Made by a program: the position numbers and the translations under genes
The notes under the pieces: generated by a model
Seen by the model: only the letters and a program-made list of their open reading frames with translations
Told to the model about the DNA's origin: nothing
Databases searched by the model: none
Shown here: in pieces, positions 13,066 through 26,955 of the stretch
How positions within the stretch are numbered: position 1 is the first letter of the stretch
Layout: each line of letters starts with the position of its first letter
NCBI RefSeq assembly: GCF_001194135.2
Contig: NC_068999.1
Span: forward strand, 1,115,300-1,179,299
DNA length: 64,000 nucleotides
From: Octopus bimaculoides
Taxonomy: Eukaryota
Direction of reading: 5' to 3'

Positions 13066-13973
13066 AGTGTGTGTGCGTGCGTGCATGCGTGTGTGTGTGT
13101 GCGCGTGCTGAAATAATTGTATGTGTTTACAGATTTATGTTTCATACACCGCTGACGCCCTGAATTCATATCTATTCAAATTCTGCAACGATCGTCTTTT
13201 CATTAATTAATTTAATGCATTAGGAAAACAAAGCAGCGATCAATAAGGCAATAAGACGAATAATGCATGAATATCTTTCGGCCATAACTAGGGAGAAGAG
13301 TGTAAATAAGTGCAAAAACAGGATATTATACGTTATTACAAACTAAAGTATGTACACCCTTATATGTACAAATATGCTTACATACACACACACACACATA
13401 CATATATACATGCATACATAAGTATATACATACATAAGTACATACATACATACATATGTACACGCTGCATTGTAAATCAATTTTTAAAATATATATCGTG
13501 AGCAATTGGGGTTTTATCATTCTGGATAGCGAAACGAGGGAACATTACATTAATTCTAGCATTCTAGAGGTTTCCAATGACAAAAATTCAATTTTGGTAG
13601 AAATTATAATTCCTTACATGAAAGAGTGAAATCTCTTGAGAGCGTTCGGTACTTAGTGAAGTAAATAAAAAAATATTCATGTACAAGAAGTGGAGATATC
13701 TGGTGTCTAGAGAGCTTCGTCTAAGTATTCGTTGGCGAGCGGATCATTAGACATTCATTTCAACGCTGGAAACAAAATAATAAATAAAGAAAGACAACCA
13801 TGTCATAAAAAAATAGCAGTTGTAGGACTGTAGGATATTGATATACACATATACATACACACATACATACATACATATATAGGAATATAGTATATGCACA
13901 TTGTAATCTATAAACTGACATATATAACAATGTGACATAAAATAGAGAGTGAAATAGAGTCACAGATAGATAG

Positions 13974-14019
<46 letters not shown>

Positions 14020-14228
14020 TTAAATAGAGATAGAAAGGGAGGGATGGAGAAGAAAATAAGATCAAAATCGCCCTCAAAAACAACAGACAAAATCATTACA
14101 CAAGACAGAGATAAGTTAATAAAGAATATGAAATTGGACGAGAAAAGTCTCAGTGATGAAATGTGTAGAAATAAGATGCGAGTCTACAAACGTGGGATAA
14201 AACGTGCAATCATAATAAATACGCTTAT

Positions 14229-14289
14229 GAAAGAGATAAACGTTAATCTAACACTTCGAAAGAGATAAACGTTAATCTAGCACTTCGAA
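14229..14289. repeat. 29-bp tandem duplication
   Basis: GAAAGAGATAAACGTTAATCTA(A/G)CACTTC twice (14229-14257, 14258-14286), one mismatch. Confidence 0.95.
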
Positions 14290-14502
14290 TTGAATCGTTC
14301 GGTAAACAGAAGTAAAAGGATTCAGTAAGGTATGAGAAAAAGGAAAACTACTGGTATTGCATTTATGACGTGTATCTACAGGCAGAACGTAAAGATCACA
14401 CCCTCACACACACACGCGCGTAGACGTAAGCAAACCGTGTGTACGACTGGTTAAATTGGTTGTAGCATAAAATACCTTCTACTTATCAAGAAAACATTCA
14501 AT

Positions 14503-14655
14503 GTTCTTTTCTACTCTAAGCACAAGCCCCGAAATTTTGGGGGAGTGGGGCAGGTGATTAGATCAACTACAGTACGCAACTGGTACTTGATTTATCATAC
14601 CGAAAGAATGAAAGGCAAATTCAGCCTCAACGGAATTTGAACTCAGAACGTAAAA
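14503..14655 (-). mobile_element. SINE family B copy (B-box-like region, central domain, tail)
   Basis: Minus strand TTCTGAGTTCAAATTCCG (B-box-like GTTCAAATTC) then TTTGCCTTTCATTCTTTCGG...AAGTACCAGTTGCGTACTG; homologous to the other B copies. Confidence 0.8.
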
Positions 14656-14894
14656 TTTATTTAGAGATTTATACATAATACCGAGTTATGTGACTATCAC
14701 TGTTTTGGCCATCGTTTCTCGCTTTCTTGCTCTCTCTCTCCATCTCCTTCTTCTCCCTTTCCTCCTTACCCTCTCTCTCCCCCTCCTTTCCTCACTCTCT
14801 CTCCCGATCTTTCTTTTACTGTGACCTCGCTCTTTTCATCAACTTACCTGTGTATCTGTCTACCTGTCCATCAATCAACCTATCAATCAATCTG

Positions 14895-14937
<43 letters not shown>

Positions 14938-15627
14938 GCTGGTTTGTGTACATGTCTACACTCATCACATTTTAGATATACACACACGCAAACATACACA
15001 AATACACACACGCAAGCACATCATCGGAATGCGTGTTTGTGCGCTAATGCATGGTTTTACGAATGCGTGTATGTATATATGTGTGTGTGTGTGAGCATGT
15101 GTGTTTGAGTATTTATATGCACTTAATATGTCGTCGCACTGCATCCCACTCTTGTAGTGACATCTCTATTGAGACGCGGTCACAGCCACCATGCAAAGAT
15201 ACATACACGAAGCACAGCTACGACACCGTACTTCGTTTCTTTAAAGGTGAATTTGTTATACAGTTGAAAATAAATATAAAACTATCATTCAAAATCTTGA
15301 CATTTATCTGAAAGTTTTCTCGCTGTTTTGTGAATCAATCTGTAAACAGAGATCTTCATGTTCCAAGTAATGTTCCATTACTTGGAGATTCATGATAACC
15401 TATTGGAAGAAAAATCGAAAAGGTTACTCAACTCTCCTTGACATTACGTTGATAAACACGATTTCGTTTGCATTCATAATAATAAACATTTCTTGCATGT
15501 CTTTCTTTTTATCAGTGTCGCCATTTTACATACAATTCATTGGGTTACATGTCTAGACGGAATATATCAACAACTGTTTGACTTCAAATCTATTTATTCC
15601 TGTGTCACTCCCACTTTCTCTCTCTCA

Positions 15628-15629
15628 AT

Positions 15630-15695
<66 letters not shown>

Positions 15696-15875
15696 CTGTC
15701 TCTCTCTCTCTATCTATCTATATATTTATCTATTTATCTATCTATCTTTCTGTCTATCTATTTATTTGTATCTTTCTCTTCCTCCATCCACAGTCATTTT
15801 CTTCTGACTGATTAGCCTACACATGCGATTGAGAGATTCTTAGATTTTTTACGCAGAGAGAGATAGAGTGTCTGC

Positions 15876-15926
<51 letters not shown>

Positions 15927-15927
15927 A

Positions 15928-15963
<36 letters not shown>

Positions 15964-16014
15964 GATGGGTAAGGTAGGGTGGATTGACACAGGAATTATA
16001 TATATATATATACG

Positions 16015-16080
<66 letters not shown>

Positions 16081-16082
16081 TA
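15628..16082. repeat. clusters of (CT)n, (CTAT)n, (GA)n, (GAAA)n and (GATA)n
   Basis: Directly visible; (CT)/(CTAT) block faces a (GA)/(GATA) block in inverted orientation. Confidence 0.9.
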
Positions 16083-16149
16083 ACATTTTCTAACCACATG
16101 TTTGTGTTCATAAAATGTCTCTAATTTGTTCCTCTCCACAAACTACATG

Positions 16150-16620
16150 ACACAAGTGAGGCTGGAAGAAAGATAGAAGAATAACGGTTTATGAAAATGT
16201 TCAAACCTGTTCTGAACGGAAATAATATAACAACCAGAGCAAACGAATATGTATTGGGAAAGAGGGGGAGGAAAGACTAAACCAAGACAGAGAGGGAAGC
16301 AGGAAAAGGGGGGTAAAGGAGAGCAGATGAGATGTGAGAGAGGAGAGAAAGTGGAGGGGAGAGCAAGTAACAGATAAGAGAGAAGAGCAGACGAATATGT
16401 GGTGGGAAAGTGGGAAAGAGGATGCTGAGCGGAAGAGCACATGAAAGTCAGAGTGGAAAAAGCAAGAGTGGAGGAAGAGAGGAAGTCAGAGGAGGGTAAA
16501 TGAAGTGGAAATTGAGTGAATATATGAGGAGATAGACAGAGAGGAGGTGGTATGCGTGAAGCGGGTGGCAAGAAGGCTGAGATTGAGGAAAGGGAGAGGT
16601 GGAGAGATACTCAAACTAAA
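16150..16620. repeat. purine-rich (G/A) low-complexity tract with degenerate internal repeats
   Basis: GAGCA(A/G)ACGAATATGT..TGGGAAAG recurs near 16237 and 16385; strong strand asymmetry. Confidence 0.7.
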
Positions 16621-16727
16621 AGACAGTCATATTATATAAGAGAGACAGAAGGAGAAATATATATTTATATACGCATACACTCACACCTACATGTACACAC
16701 ATATATATATACACAATATACTGTACC

Positions 16728-17143
16728 CTCTTTTACTCTTTTACTTGTTTCAGTCATTTGACTTTGGTCAAGCTGGAGCACCGCCTTTAGCGGAGGAAAT
16801 CGACCCCAGGACTTATTCATTGTAAGCCTAGTACTTATTATATCGATCTTTTTTGTCGAAACGCTAATTTACGGGGACGTAAATACACCAGCATCGGTTG
16901 TCAAGCGATGTTTGCGGGGGGGGGGGTTCAAACACATACATACAAACATACACACACAGATATACATATACATATATACGACGTGCTTATTTCAGCTTCT
17001 GTCTACCAAATCCACTCACAAGGTTTGGTCGGCCCGAGCCTAGAGTAGAAGACACTTGCCCAAAGTGCCACACAGTGGGATTGAACCTGGAGCCATATGG
17101 TTGGTAGACAAGCTACTTACCATTCATCCACTCCTACGCTTAT
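16728..17143 (-). mobile_element. tRNA-derived SINE family A, near full length, with internal G-run/(CA/TA) microsatellite
   Basis: Head with A/B-box-like motifs (GGTTCAATCCC on minus), body GGCACTTTGGGCAAGTGTCTT, internal microsatellite, second body, tail AAAAGAGTAAAAGAG; collinear with copies at 36271, 38845 and 57746. Confidence 0.9.
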
Positions 17144-18729
17144 ATATACATAGCTTCAGAGTAAGACCTGTCTTTCTTCAAGGATGGGGACAAAATGTGT
17201 ATCACTAACTTCAGTGGAGGTACATGCTCTTTAAAAGATGAAAACAGTAAATCTGATACAAAATGGGAAATAATAGATAGGGCATTTCCTTACAAATTTG
17301 GAACAGAAAATGTAATTTATGCTTGGAAAAAATCTTCTATATTTCAATTTCTAGATACTGATTATTGAATAAGAGACGAGAATTAGTTCTGAGATTCTTG
17401 CATAATCCCAGAGAAGTTTTCTCTGATATGGATTCTGAACAAGGTATTATTTACGTAAGAGATCCTTCGAATTTACTTGTTTACAATATTTAGCTTTGAA
17501 TATTCTATCAACAATTTCTACCCACTCCGCTTTTGCCCTGTTATTTCATTATCTCCGGTTCATAACTCTCTTAATTTCCCCTAATATATCTACTTATCTT
17601 TAAAGTTCTTTTTACTTTCATCATATATATTCTGTAGGCGATTCATATTCTGACCTACTCTGGACCTCTCTGACAACTAATTCTCTTTCGTGTTTAAATA
17701 TTTCCCATATAGAATATTGAATAAAATATTTAGCTGGATAATACTTGCTTAAGGGAATGCGGATGAATTACAAATACTTTAATTATAGGTTTTCTATAGT
17801 TAGATTTTAGATATCGTAATGTTAACTCCACCTACAGGTTTGGAAATAACTTTTTGCCTCTTGTCTTTGAGTTCCTAGAAACTCAGCTACTCCTAATATT
17901 TTCATGTTTTCCAGGAAATTCTATTAATCTTTTTTGCACTCTGGGCGGAACCTAGTCAATTCTTGCCTGACGGCTAAGTCTTTTTATGATATTCCTTCTA
18001 AACATTACGGTAAAACTAGGGCTAAATGATCGCGCATTTTATAACCACATCGTACTTTCGCTATCTCCAGCACGAAACAGCTGTTTCCCACCGAAAATTG
18101 ATTCGAAAATAAGACTATCCAAATTCCTTATTCTTCAGTTCACTGCAAACACTCGTTTTTGTAGCACCTTGAGTAAAGCTGCTCCCATCTTTCTCATCAT
18201 CTCATTGGTCTAACTTAAGGAGGCACATTGACATTTGAAATATTCAATACAATTTATGTATGCATACATTTGTTGGGGCGATCAAGTCAAATAAAATCGT
18301 TCTCAGCACTTTATTAATTATTTCTTTAAAACCTGAAGAGGGATACTTGGTCTGATCTAAAATCCCAGTGTAACGAGTCGGAACGAATAAATGAAAGCAT
18401 GGTATTCAACACTCTAAAAACAAGAAGCCTTAATTCCTAGCATATAAACGCGATTTCCCCATCTTTCTACCATGAGATTCAATCAAATTCTGTATGTCCT
18501 TGGAATCTTTCTTTCAAACCGGTAATCAAGAATATCCAATTCAACACTGGAAACATTTCGGTCTCCTTGAGACAAACTTCCAAAACAAAATTCCGCATCA
18601 TATCTCTTCCTCTGCATTACCGTTTCTGATTTTTCTAACACATTAATGTTATAAAAGAAGTGATTGAAGCTTGCATTGAGCTGAAATTTAATTCAGACAA
18701 CCTGATAAATACAATCGACACATAGTCAG

Positions 18730-19660
18730 CTCGCTGTCATCCTGTTGTATGATGTTGTAATGGCGAATTGGAGGAAGATGAAACAGAGACGTTAGATAGA
18801 GAAGCCAGAAGACAGTAACAAGCAGGTGGAGAGCTGCCTCCAAAGGCAAATGTCAAGGGTTTATGCATGAAACGAAAGATTAGAGGGAGAGAAGCTATTA
18901 ACGTTCCCGACATGTGCGAATAAAGAACAAAGGTTAGAATAACACAATTCTGCAAAGAGTGAAGAACCACTTTCAAATGTTGCAGTAGAACTAGAAGTTA
19001 TTTTTGTGTAATTTCCCGAAAGGATAGCATAGCAAAGCAGAATAATCTGTCATAAAAAGGATGAGCTAGAAGGGATGGTTTTGCATAGATGTTTCCAGAA
19101 ATATACCAATTCTGCGAAAATCAAGACAGGTCATGTGTGGCGGTCAAGAGTGGAAATTTAAAGAGGGTAACTGAGAGTGTGTTGGTGGTAGCTGAAGATC
19201 TAGCCCTGAACAGTAGCAGAGTGAAGATTGGTAACTATACTATTCCCTGAATAAACAAGTGTCGCTTATGTAATAAACAAGTGGAAAATATTGAGCATAT
19301 TGCAGCAGGCAATGTAAGCGACGTTTCTCTCAACTTCCATGGTCAAATAGAAAAGTTTTAAAAAAACATAGATAATCACACCCGTGATAAGTACAAACAT
19401 GTATCAGATAAAAGCTGTACATGAACATGGTAAGCCAAATATTATGTAGAATGTTGATGTCCAGAAAATCTAGCACGAAAGGTAGGTGACATTATATATA
19501 AAATATTTAGAAACATGTGCCCTCATAAAAGACGGTGCTACTGCTTCCAGCGGAATATTGCGGACAAGGAAGATGGAAAGACTTCGAAATATGATGAGTG
19601 TAATCGAGACATTTATTCATGCTTCTAGCTAATTAAATCTCGTATGATGTCTGCAATAGT
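18730..19660 (+). mobile_element. R4/Dong-like non-LTR retrotransposon remnant (post-RT region, CCHC knuckle, RLE region), with stops and frameshifts
   Basis: In order: ETLDREARRQ*QAGGELPPKANVKGLCMKRKIRGREAINV (18786 onward), SGNLKRVTESVLVVAEDLALN (about 19150-19210), KCRLCNKQVENIEHIAAG (19257 onward), NIADKEDGKTSKY (about 19555). Same order and motifs as RLE-type LINEs and the 1345 fragment. Confidence 0.75.
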
Positions 19661-20107
19661 GAAGGTAGTCATTCACTTATGTATGAGTATGAAATTCTGT
19701 CATATGCTTGGGTTCGATTAAATATCTACCAGTCAAGTACTGAAGTCGACAACATAATCTAACCCCGTCTTTTTAGATTTGCTAAAATATACCAAAATTT
19801 AAAACCATTAGACTTTTTCATGATGAGGATTTGTGTTGGGTTTCGGGGTTTTCATATTCGATGAAGATTTGTCCCCGTTTTTTGGCGTATATTGTTTTAT
19901 TTGGTTCGTGAATTACGTATTAGGAAGGTGTTACAGCATCAACTAAACCCAATCGATACGACTATAATCAATCACTCAATACCCCCACTTCATATAAAAG
20001 CATACACACAAATCTCAGGTAAGGTGAAAGGTAAAATTACATTTACTCTATCATTTTTAATCGATAACAAATGTTTTATCGCAGACACGCAACACCTTTC
20101 TGCGACA

Positions 20108-20154
<47 letters not shown>

Positions 20155-20379
20155 ACATGTATGTTGGAACATAGATGTACATCTTCGGACTTGCGCACAC
20201 ACCTCTAAACGTAATCACACATACACGCACACGCAAACACCCCCACGTATTTATTTATGCAGGGGGCGATTAATAAATTGTCGTCTAAGTAACGCAAAAA
20301 TGAAAATAATACTGACATCTCATTTTCCTAGATATATTTACATACATTACATTAAAATATATTGATGTAAGGATAAATT

Positions 20380-20510
20380 TATGCAATATAATCGCCATTG
20401 GCTGCAATCACGGCCTCCTTCGGAATCTCCTGCAAATCGTCTGGGTGGTCTGCTTCTTTTAAGTTGGTGAATGCTGCCATAATCTTTGCCTTCAGTATAT
20501 CTCTGGTGAA
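20380..20510 (-). mobile_element. Tc1-like transposase C-terminal fragment
   Basis: TRDILKAKIMAAFTNLK...EAVIAANGDYIA* resembles the conserved Tc1/mariner ending (L.AVI.A.G..I). Confidence 0.65.
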
Positions 20511-20925
20511 ATAAATGATGGAAAACAAATAAGTACTATAATGAATCCCATCATTTGTGTTCTGAATCAAAGCTGAGTAAGAGCTCAAAACCAACAACAA
20601 CATTTTAAAAGGTTACAATCAAATAATAAAAAAAAACAATAACAACGTGAATATAAAGAACATCAAGAAAGACAAACCAACAACAAAAATAACAAGAGCA
20701 ATAACAACAGCAGCTACAACAAGAAGATCATTATCCGGTGACGTTGCATCATAGCTTTTGAGTGAGAGGTCCCAATGCATTGTATTTCGTTTATACAGAT
20801 ATCTGCAAACGCATCCTTTTCATGGATAGCTTAACCCACAAGCATGAACCTGTTAATATATGCACATAAACGCGAACACGGATACACGCACAAACACACG
20901 GAATATATATACATACATAAGCATG

Positions 20926-20981
<56 letters not shown>

Positions 20982-21023
20982 CATACAAATATATGTGTGT
21001 GGTGTGTATATATGTGTATACAC

Positions 21024-21133
<110 letters not shown>

Positions 21134-22792
21134 ATGTATCGATGATTGTGCGCGCTTGCGCGTGTGCGCGTGCATCAGACGCTGATAACTGCAAGGAAGA
21201 AGCATAAGGGTTTCCACAAACAAATGTAATGCAAATGGCGATATGTCATAGAAATAGAACGGAGCAGCCAACCTTGAAGCTATTTATTCAACTAAATTCT
21301 ATTTATTTGATCTTTATATAACAGAAACAAATTGCGACCAAAAGAGCAAAGACTTTACCAACACCACCGCCACCACCACCCACCAAGCCGCTCACAATCT
21401 CCGACATCATTCTCATCATCATCATCATCCAGCAATATAAAATAATGATGATAATAATAATGATAATGATGAAAAGAACATCACGTTCTCGCGAGATGAG
21501 CATGTGAGGATACTAAGTTAATTTAATCTGTATAGAAGAGGTTTAGCTAACTCGGTTGATTCAAGCTAAGCTAAGCACAAACAATGATTGCTGATACACG
21601 CGTCATGCTTATAACATCGTGAAAATTAAATGACTTTGCTAAAAAGAGCAAAAGTGCACATCAAGTGACTATATTGTATTTACTACAGCATTATTCCTTT
21701 AATGCACGGATTTCTTTTGATTTGTTCTTATTTATGTTTTTAGCAAAGGCTTTCAGCTTTGGCTAATCTAATAGAATCGTGTAGTGTATGTTTTTTCGCT
21801 TAGTTTTATAGGGTACATTTTCATTGTGAATGATTCAGTGTAAGCGTGTGTATGAACGTGTTTGCGCGACTGCGTATGTGTGTGTGTATGCATGTATGTA
21901 TGTGAGTGTTTGGATTGTATGTGAGTGTGTGGTTTGTATGTGTGTGTGAATATTTATGCACTCCCTATTTAATCTGGTTGAAGAACCTAGTTTTTTTTGC
22001 CACCGGTGCACTTTCAATAATAAACAGTTGATTGTTTGCACCAACTATTCTCATTTTTTTAAAAATCTTTTATATAATATATTTTCTATATACATATCTA
22101 TCTATCTGCATGTGTATGACCATTTGTCTCTCTCTGTATGTAACAGTGTATGGAAATGCGTGCGATTGCGCACGCATGTGTGCATATATGTACATATATA
22201 AAAATATATACGTATACATATATATTTATGTGCATATATGTATATATGTATACATATATATATATATGTATATATGTTTATATATATGTATTTATATATA
22301 TCTATATATATATATGTTTATATATATATTTATATATATTTATATATACATATATAAAAATATATATTTATATATACACATATAATAATAATCATAATAA
22401 CAATAATAATTATCATAATAATAATAATTATACTTATAATAATTTGTGTCTCATTGCATGCAAGTCTGTAATCTGTTTATCTTATACAACCATGTGTAAA
22501 TAGATCATTCTTGGAAACAAAACAAAAATTACGTAGCAGGCATGCATAGTGTGTGCTCGAGCAGACACATCTGCGCATACATTCTCATACGTATATGCAT
22601 ATTTATAGATATACATTTATGCATACATACATGTGTGTGTGTATGTGAGTGTATGTGCTTACATATGTACACGACTAATTTCCAGTCAGTTCTTGACGAA
22701 ACTCACTCATTATCATTATTCCGAGGCAATAATTGAAGACAGTGTGTGGACGCGCTGCACCGAGGAACTGAAACTGAATATATATTTGTATG

Positions 22793-22832
<40 letters not shown>

Positions 22833-24359
22833 GTATATATTATTACAACCGTTGAGAATTATAGTCGACCCGAGGCTAAAGTACCATGCATCTGCCCAAC
22901 CCCGTCTTCGCATGGTATACTAATTTTATGCGTATACCTTATGGCTAAACAATTTTAAAATATATCTAGAAGAAACGAAATCACTTACCATTAGTCTACG
23001 AGTTGGCTGAAGAGAAATAATAATTATTGCTAATATAAAATACGAATCAATAAATTATTGGTAGTTGATGTTTTTTTTAAATTATTAACCTTTTACACGA
23101 AAATGGCAATACACTCGATGCCCGCTACTTATGGTCGATATCAAGTAAGAAAGCGGTATAATTACTATAGAGCTTTGCATAATTTTCGATGATGATGATG
23201 AAAATAACGATAAAAATAATAATTACCATTTTAACAAAGAAAACAAAACACCCGTTACCATCAATACATTCTGTATATAATAGTTATTATTCACATATAT
23301 TTGACAAATATATGAGTATGTGTGTGAGTGTGTGTTTGCGTGTGTGAATGTATGCATGTATGTACATGTGATATAAGGCAGCAGTCAAAGGACGAAAAGA
23401 AGTAAAAGAATAAAAGAACATCCATATAGACAGATATATACACACACATATAAGTAATATATATATATACATATATATACATATGTATGTATGCATGTAT
23501 AATGTAATATTCCGTGATACAACATTCAACAAAAGAAGTGCTTCATCTGGTGAGCGATAAATATTATTTATTTAAAGGAAACAAATACATGTCTTTAAGT
23601 GCTACTAATAGTTTCATATGTTGACAAATGCCTCAAATATATATTCATCAGGCAACAACCATATATCAACGAACTAAATTAAATTTGAATAGGAAAGGCA
23701 ACTTATAAAAAACGTGGATGGTTACAAAGACGGAAAACGAAAAACAAAACCTAAAATGTAAAAAGTAAAAAGGCAAAGGAGTTATCACCGTTAGACCTCA
23801 GAGTAGAAGGCTGGAAATTAGCCCTTCGTGTAGATACATATATATATGAGTGTGTGTATGTGTGTGTATGTATGTGTGGTTTTCTCCACCACCACAGCCA
23901 TCGTTTGTCAACCGATGCTGGTGTGTTTACGTTCCTGTAAAATACATACGCACGCACAGACAAACACCAATTTAAAGTCCCTTTGCAATGGGTATATTCA
24001 CCAGCACACACATTTCCTCCATAGCATAACCATTATGTCTAGAAAGTTAATGAAGCACTCTGTATTTTCATCTCTCTGCTTTACATGACAGAATATTATA
24101 TTTGCCTTGAAAGCGTCACTTGATCCTGTAAACACACAAGACGTAGATTTTAAATACAATTTTATCCCTGTTAAAGCTAAAGTACATATATATGCTAATA
24201 TTTTATGTCCTTCTGTTTATCGTCTTTTATAAACAGATAAATATGTTTTACATCGGATTTTAATTCTATCTTTACTATGTTTTTTTTTTAATATATATTT
24301 AAACTCTCCAGAAACACTTAATATTTCATAATATTTTATTCAAAATATTTTATTTTCAT

Positions 24360-24895
24360 TTTACTGTTATTGCCGTTGTTACTCTTATTATTATTATTGT
24401 TGTTGCTGTTGTTGGTACTATTATTGCTATTATTATCATCATCATTATTATTATTATCATTATTATTATTGTAGCTGTTATTATTATTGTCATCATTATT
24501 ATTGTTATTATTATTATTATTGTGTATTTCTTTGTCTTTCCTCTCAGGATCCCTTTTGGCTTTATGTATTGATGGATGGATTCTATTATTTCCCATTTGT
24601 CTCTTTGAAGGATTATAACATCAATATTCCCTCCCTCCTTCTCTCTGCCTTGTTATACCTCTCCCTCCCTCCCTCTGCCTCTCTCTGCATTCCTATCTTT
24701 CCTCTCTCCCGTCTCTTTCACACTCTCTTTCATTGTTGTTATTGTTGTCATGGAGGTAACACTTTAAAACAGTAAGCCAGTCTCTTTTATATTTCCCGAA
24801 ACACAAATAATAATAATAACAACAACAACAACAACAACAACAACTGCAATAATAATTATAATCGTGATGATGATGATGACGATGATGATGATCCT
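24360..24895. repeat. two compound trinucleotide arrays, (ATT/GTT/CAT)n at 24360-24525 and (AAT/AAC/GAT)n at 24805-24895
   Basis: Directly visible. Confidence 0.9.
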
Positions 24896-26439
24896 TATGC
24901 AGCTATAAAGAAGCTGGAGAAGAGGCAGGAGAACTGGAAGCAGAAGCAGGAATGAGTAAAAGGAAGAGGCGAGGAAATAGAAGGAGGAGAGCAAGCTATA
25001 AATTGTCATGAACACATGCAACGTTTTGTATGTATATACATAACGGCACACACCTACATATACATATATATTCGTATATATGTGTATAGATGTGTGTGTG
25101 TATATATATGAATATATATATATACATACGTATGTATGTATGTATGCATGTATGCACATATGTACGAGAGTGGTTGTGTAGGTGTATGCTTAAATTACAC
25201 GAGCCAGGTAAATAGGCAGTCTCTTTGGAAATGATTGATAGGTAAATTACTTTTAAATTGGGTAAAACCACTCGGATATAGAATGGAGTTTTGTAATAAT
25301 ATTTTATTTTCTCTATTGAAAAATCCTTTAAAATCTTTAAGTTTCAGAATGCACAGGTAGTAAAATAGAATTTGTGGAAGAATATGAAGTAAAAAGAAAC
25401 AGAAAACTATTAAAATATTAGATTTAAATAATATATCTCAGTTTTTACCACTCTATAATTTATTATCACAATTCGAAATAATAATAATTTGAGAAAATCG
25501 CTTTCAGAATATTGAAAATTGATGCACTTTCATTCAATATTAATGTAGTTATATTGTGGAATCTCGCAATATATATCTCCGAAGAACAGGAAATCTATTT
25601 AACAAATTTGGGGAGCAGCTTTTTTGTAATTTCATTTGTCACTGCAGTGCTTTGAGTCTTTTCATGATTTTGTCTCCTGATTGAAGGCAGTTTTTATATG
25701 CATTTCTATCGTTAACCGTACTGCGAGTTAATAACTTTCTAGAATTATTTAATCATCATGATATGGATTTTTAGGTTTTTCACAAGTATTAAATATATAT
25801 AGCTGCGTGTATATAACCCAGATGAATGACACGTATATGGCATTTTAAAATATACGAAACGGGTTTTTAGATGATGTATCAAATAGATTGTAGTGGAAGC
25901 TGATTGTATATGTTTCAAAGACTGCACTGTTTCCATAGCAATGATTATTATCGCAGGTGAACAGACTTCTCTTCTGACGTATATTGCATTTTTTGGTAGT
26001 GGTGGGGAAGATATTTTCATTTAGAACAGATGTATAAAAAGTTTACGTTCTAATTTCATCATATTTTCTAGATTTTATTATATGTGTATCAGACTCTGTA
26101 AAATGTGTTAGGACAGAATCTACTGTTTATCCTGATTAAGGATATGAGATAGTCAGGAAAAATGTTAAATATGAAGTACAGACGTATATTTCAATCGTTT
26201 TTTCAAATGAACTATGAGGATCTGATTAGACACAGGTGGGAAAATGGTAAAGCAAATTGAAATAAGTATGTTGTATGCAATATGTCCTTATTTATTTATA
26301 TCCGTTCGTTGTGCTCGTATCAATACGTGGATATGCTCCTCTATGGAAGTGCACTTAGCATTGCAAACTGGCACTTACCATTGACCGGTTTTTCCTTAAC
26401 CGCATTTTCTCTACCACACTTAAGTGACATACAGTACTG

Positions 26440-26515
26440 TTCTTTCATCCGTTGAAGAACTAGCATCCGAAACGCCAAACCATCTTCCCTCAATCGTTGA
26501 GCGTTAAACTAAAAC
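26440..26515 (+). mobile_element. second, more diverged copy of the 7030-7195 repeat
   Basis: CCGTTGAAGAACTAGCATCCGAAACG...GAGCGTTAAACTAA (26499-26512). Confidence 0.45.
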
Positions 26516-26915
26516 AATATTTGTTAATATTTTCTTTCCTGAAATATCTTTTTTATTTTGATTTCTTTTATTGAACTCACAATGTATATATGCGCATGTG
26601 TGTATGAGTTTGCGCCATTTTGTATGAAAAATGTAAGCATGGAATATATTACGTATAATATCTTTCTTGTGATCCTCAGTTATTCTAAGGAAATATTACC
26701 ATTATATTCTAACATGAATGCTGCATGAACAATCGCATTCAAAATTCTTGTATATTTGGATTTCTTTTTTCATAGTTACTTATGTACTATATGCACGCTT
26801 GCTGATACACTGCCCACACGTATATTCGTATACATACATACATATATATACATAAGTGTGTGTAACTATCTGTATGTATAAATATATATATATATATATA
26901 TTTATATATGAATAA

Positions 26916-26955
<40 letters not shown>

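Noticed and set aside
14229-14289. Tandem 29-bp repeat as a CRISPR-like array
   Set aside because: Two adjacent units with no spacers in eukaryotic DNA; simple slippage duplication.
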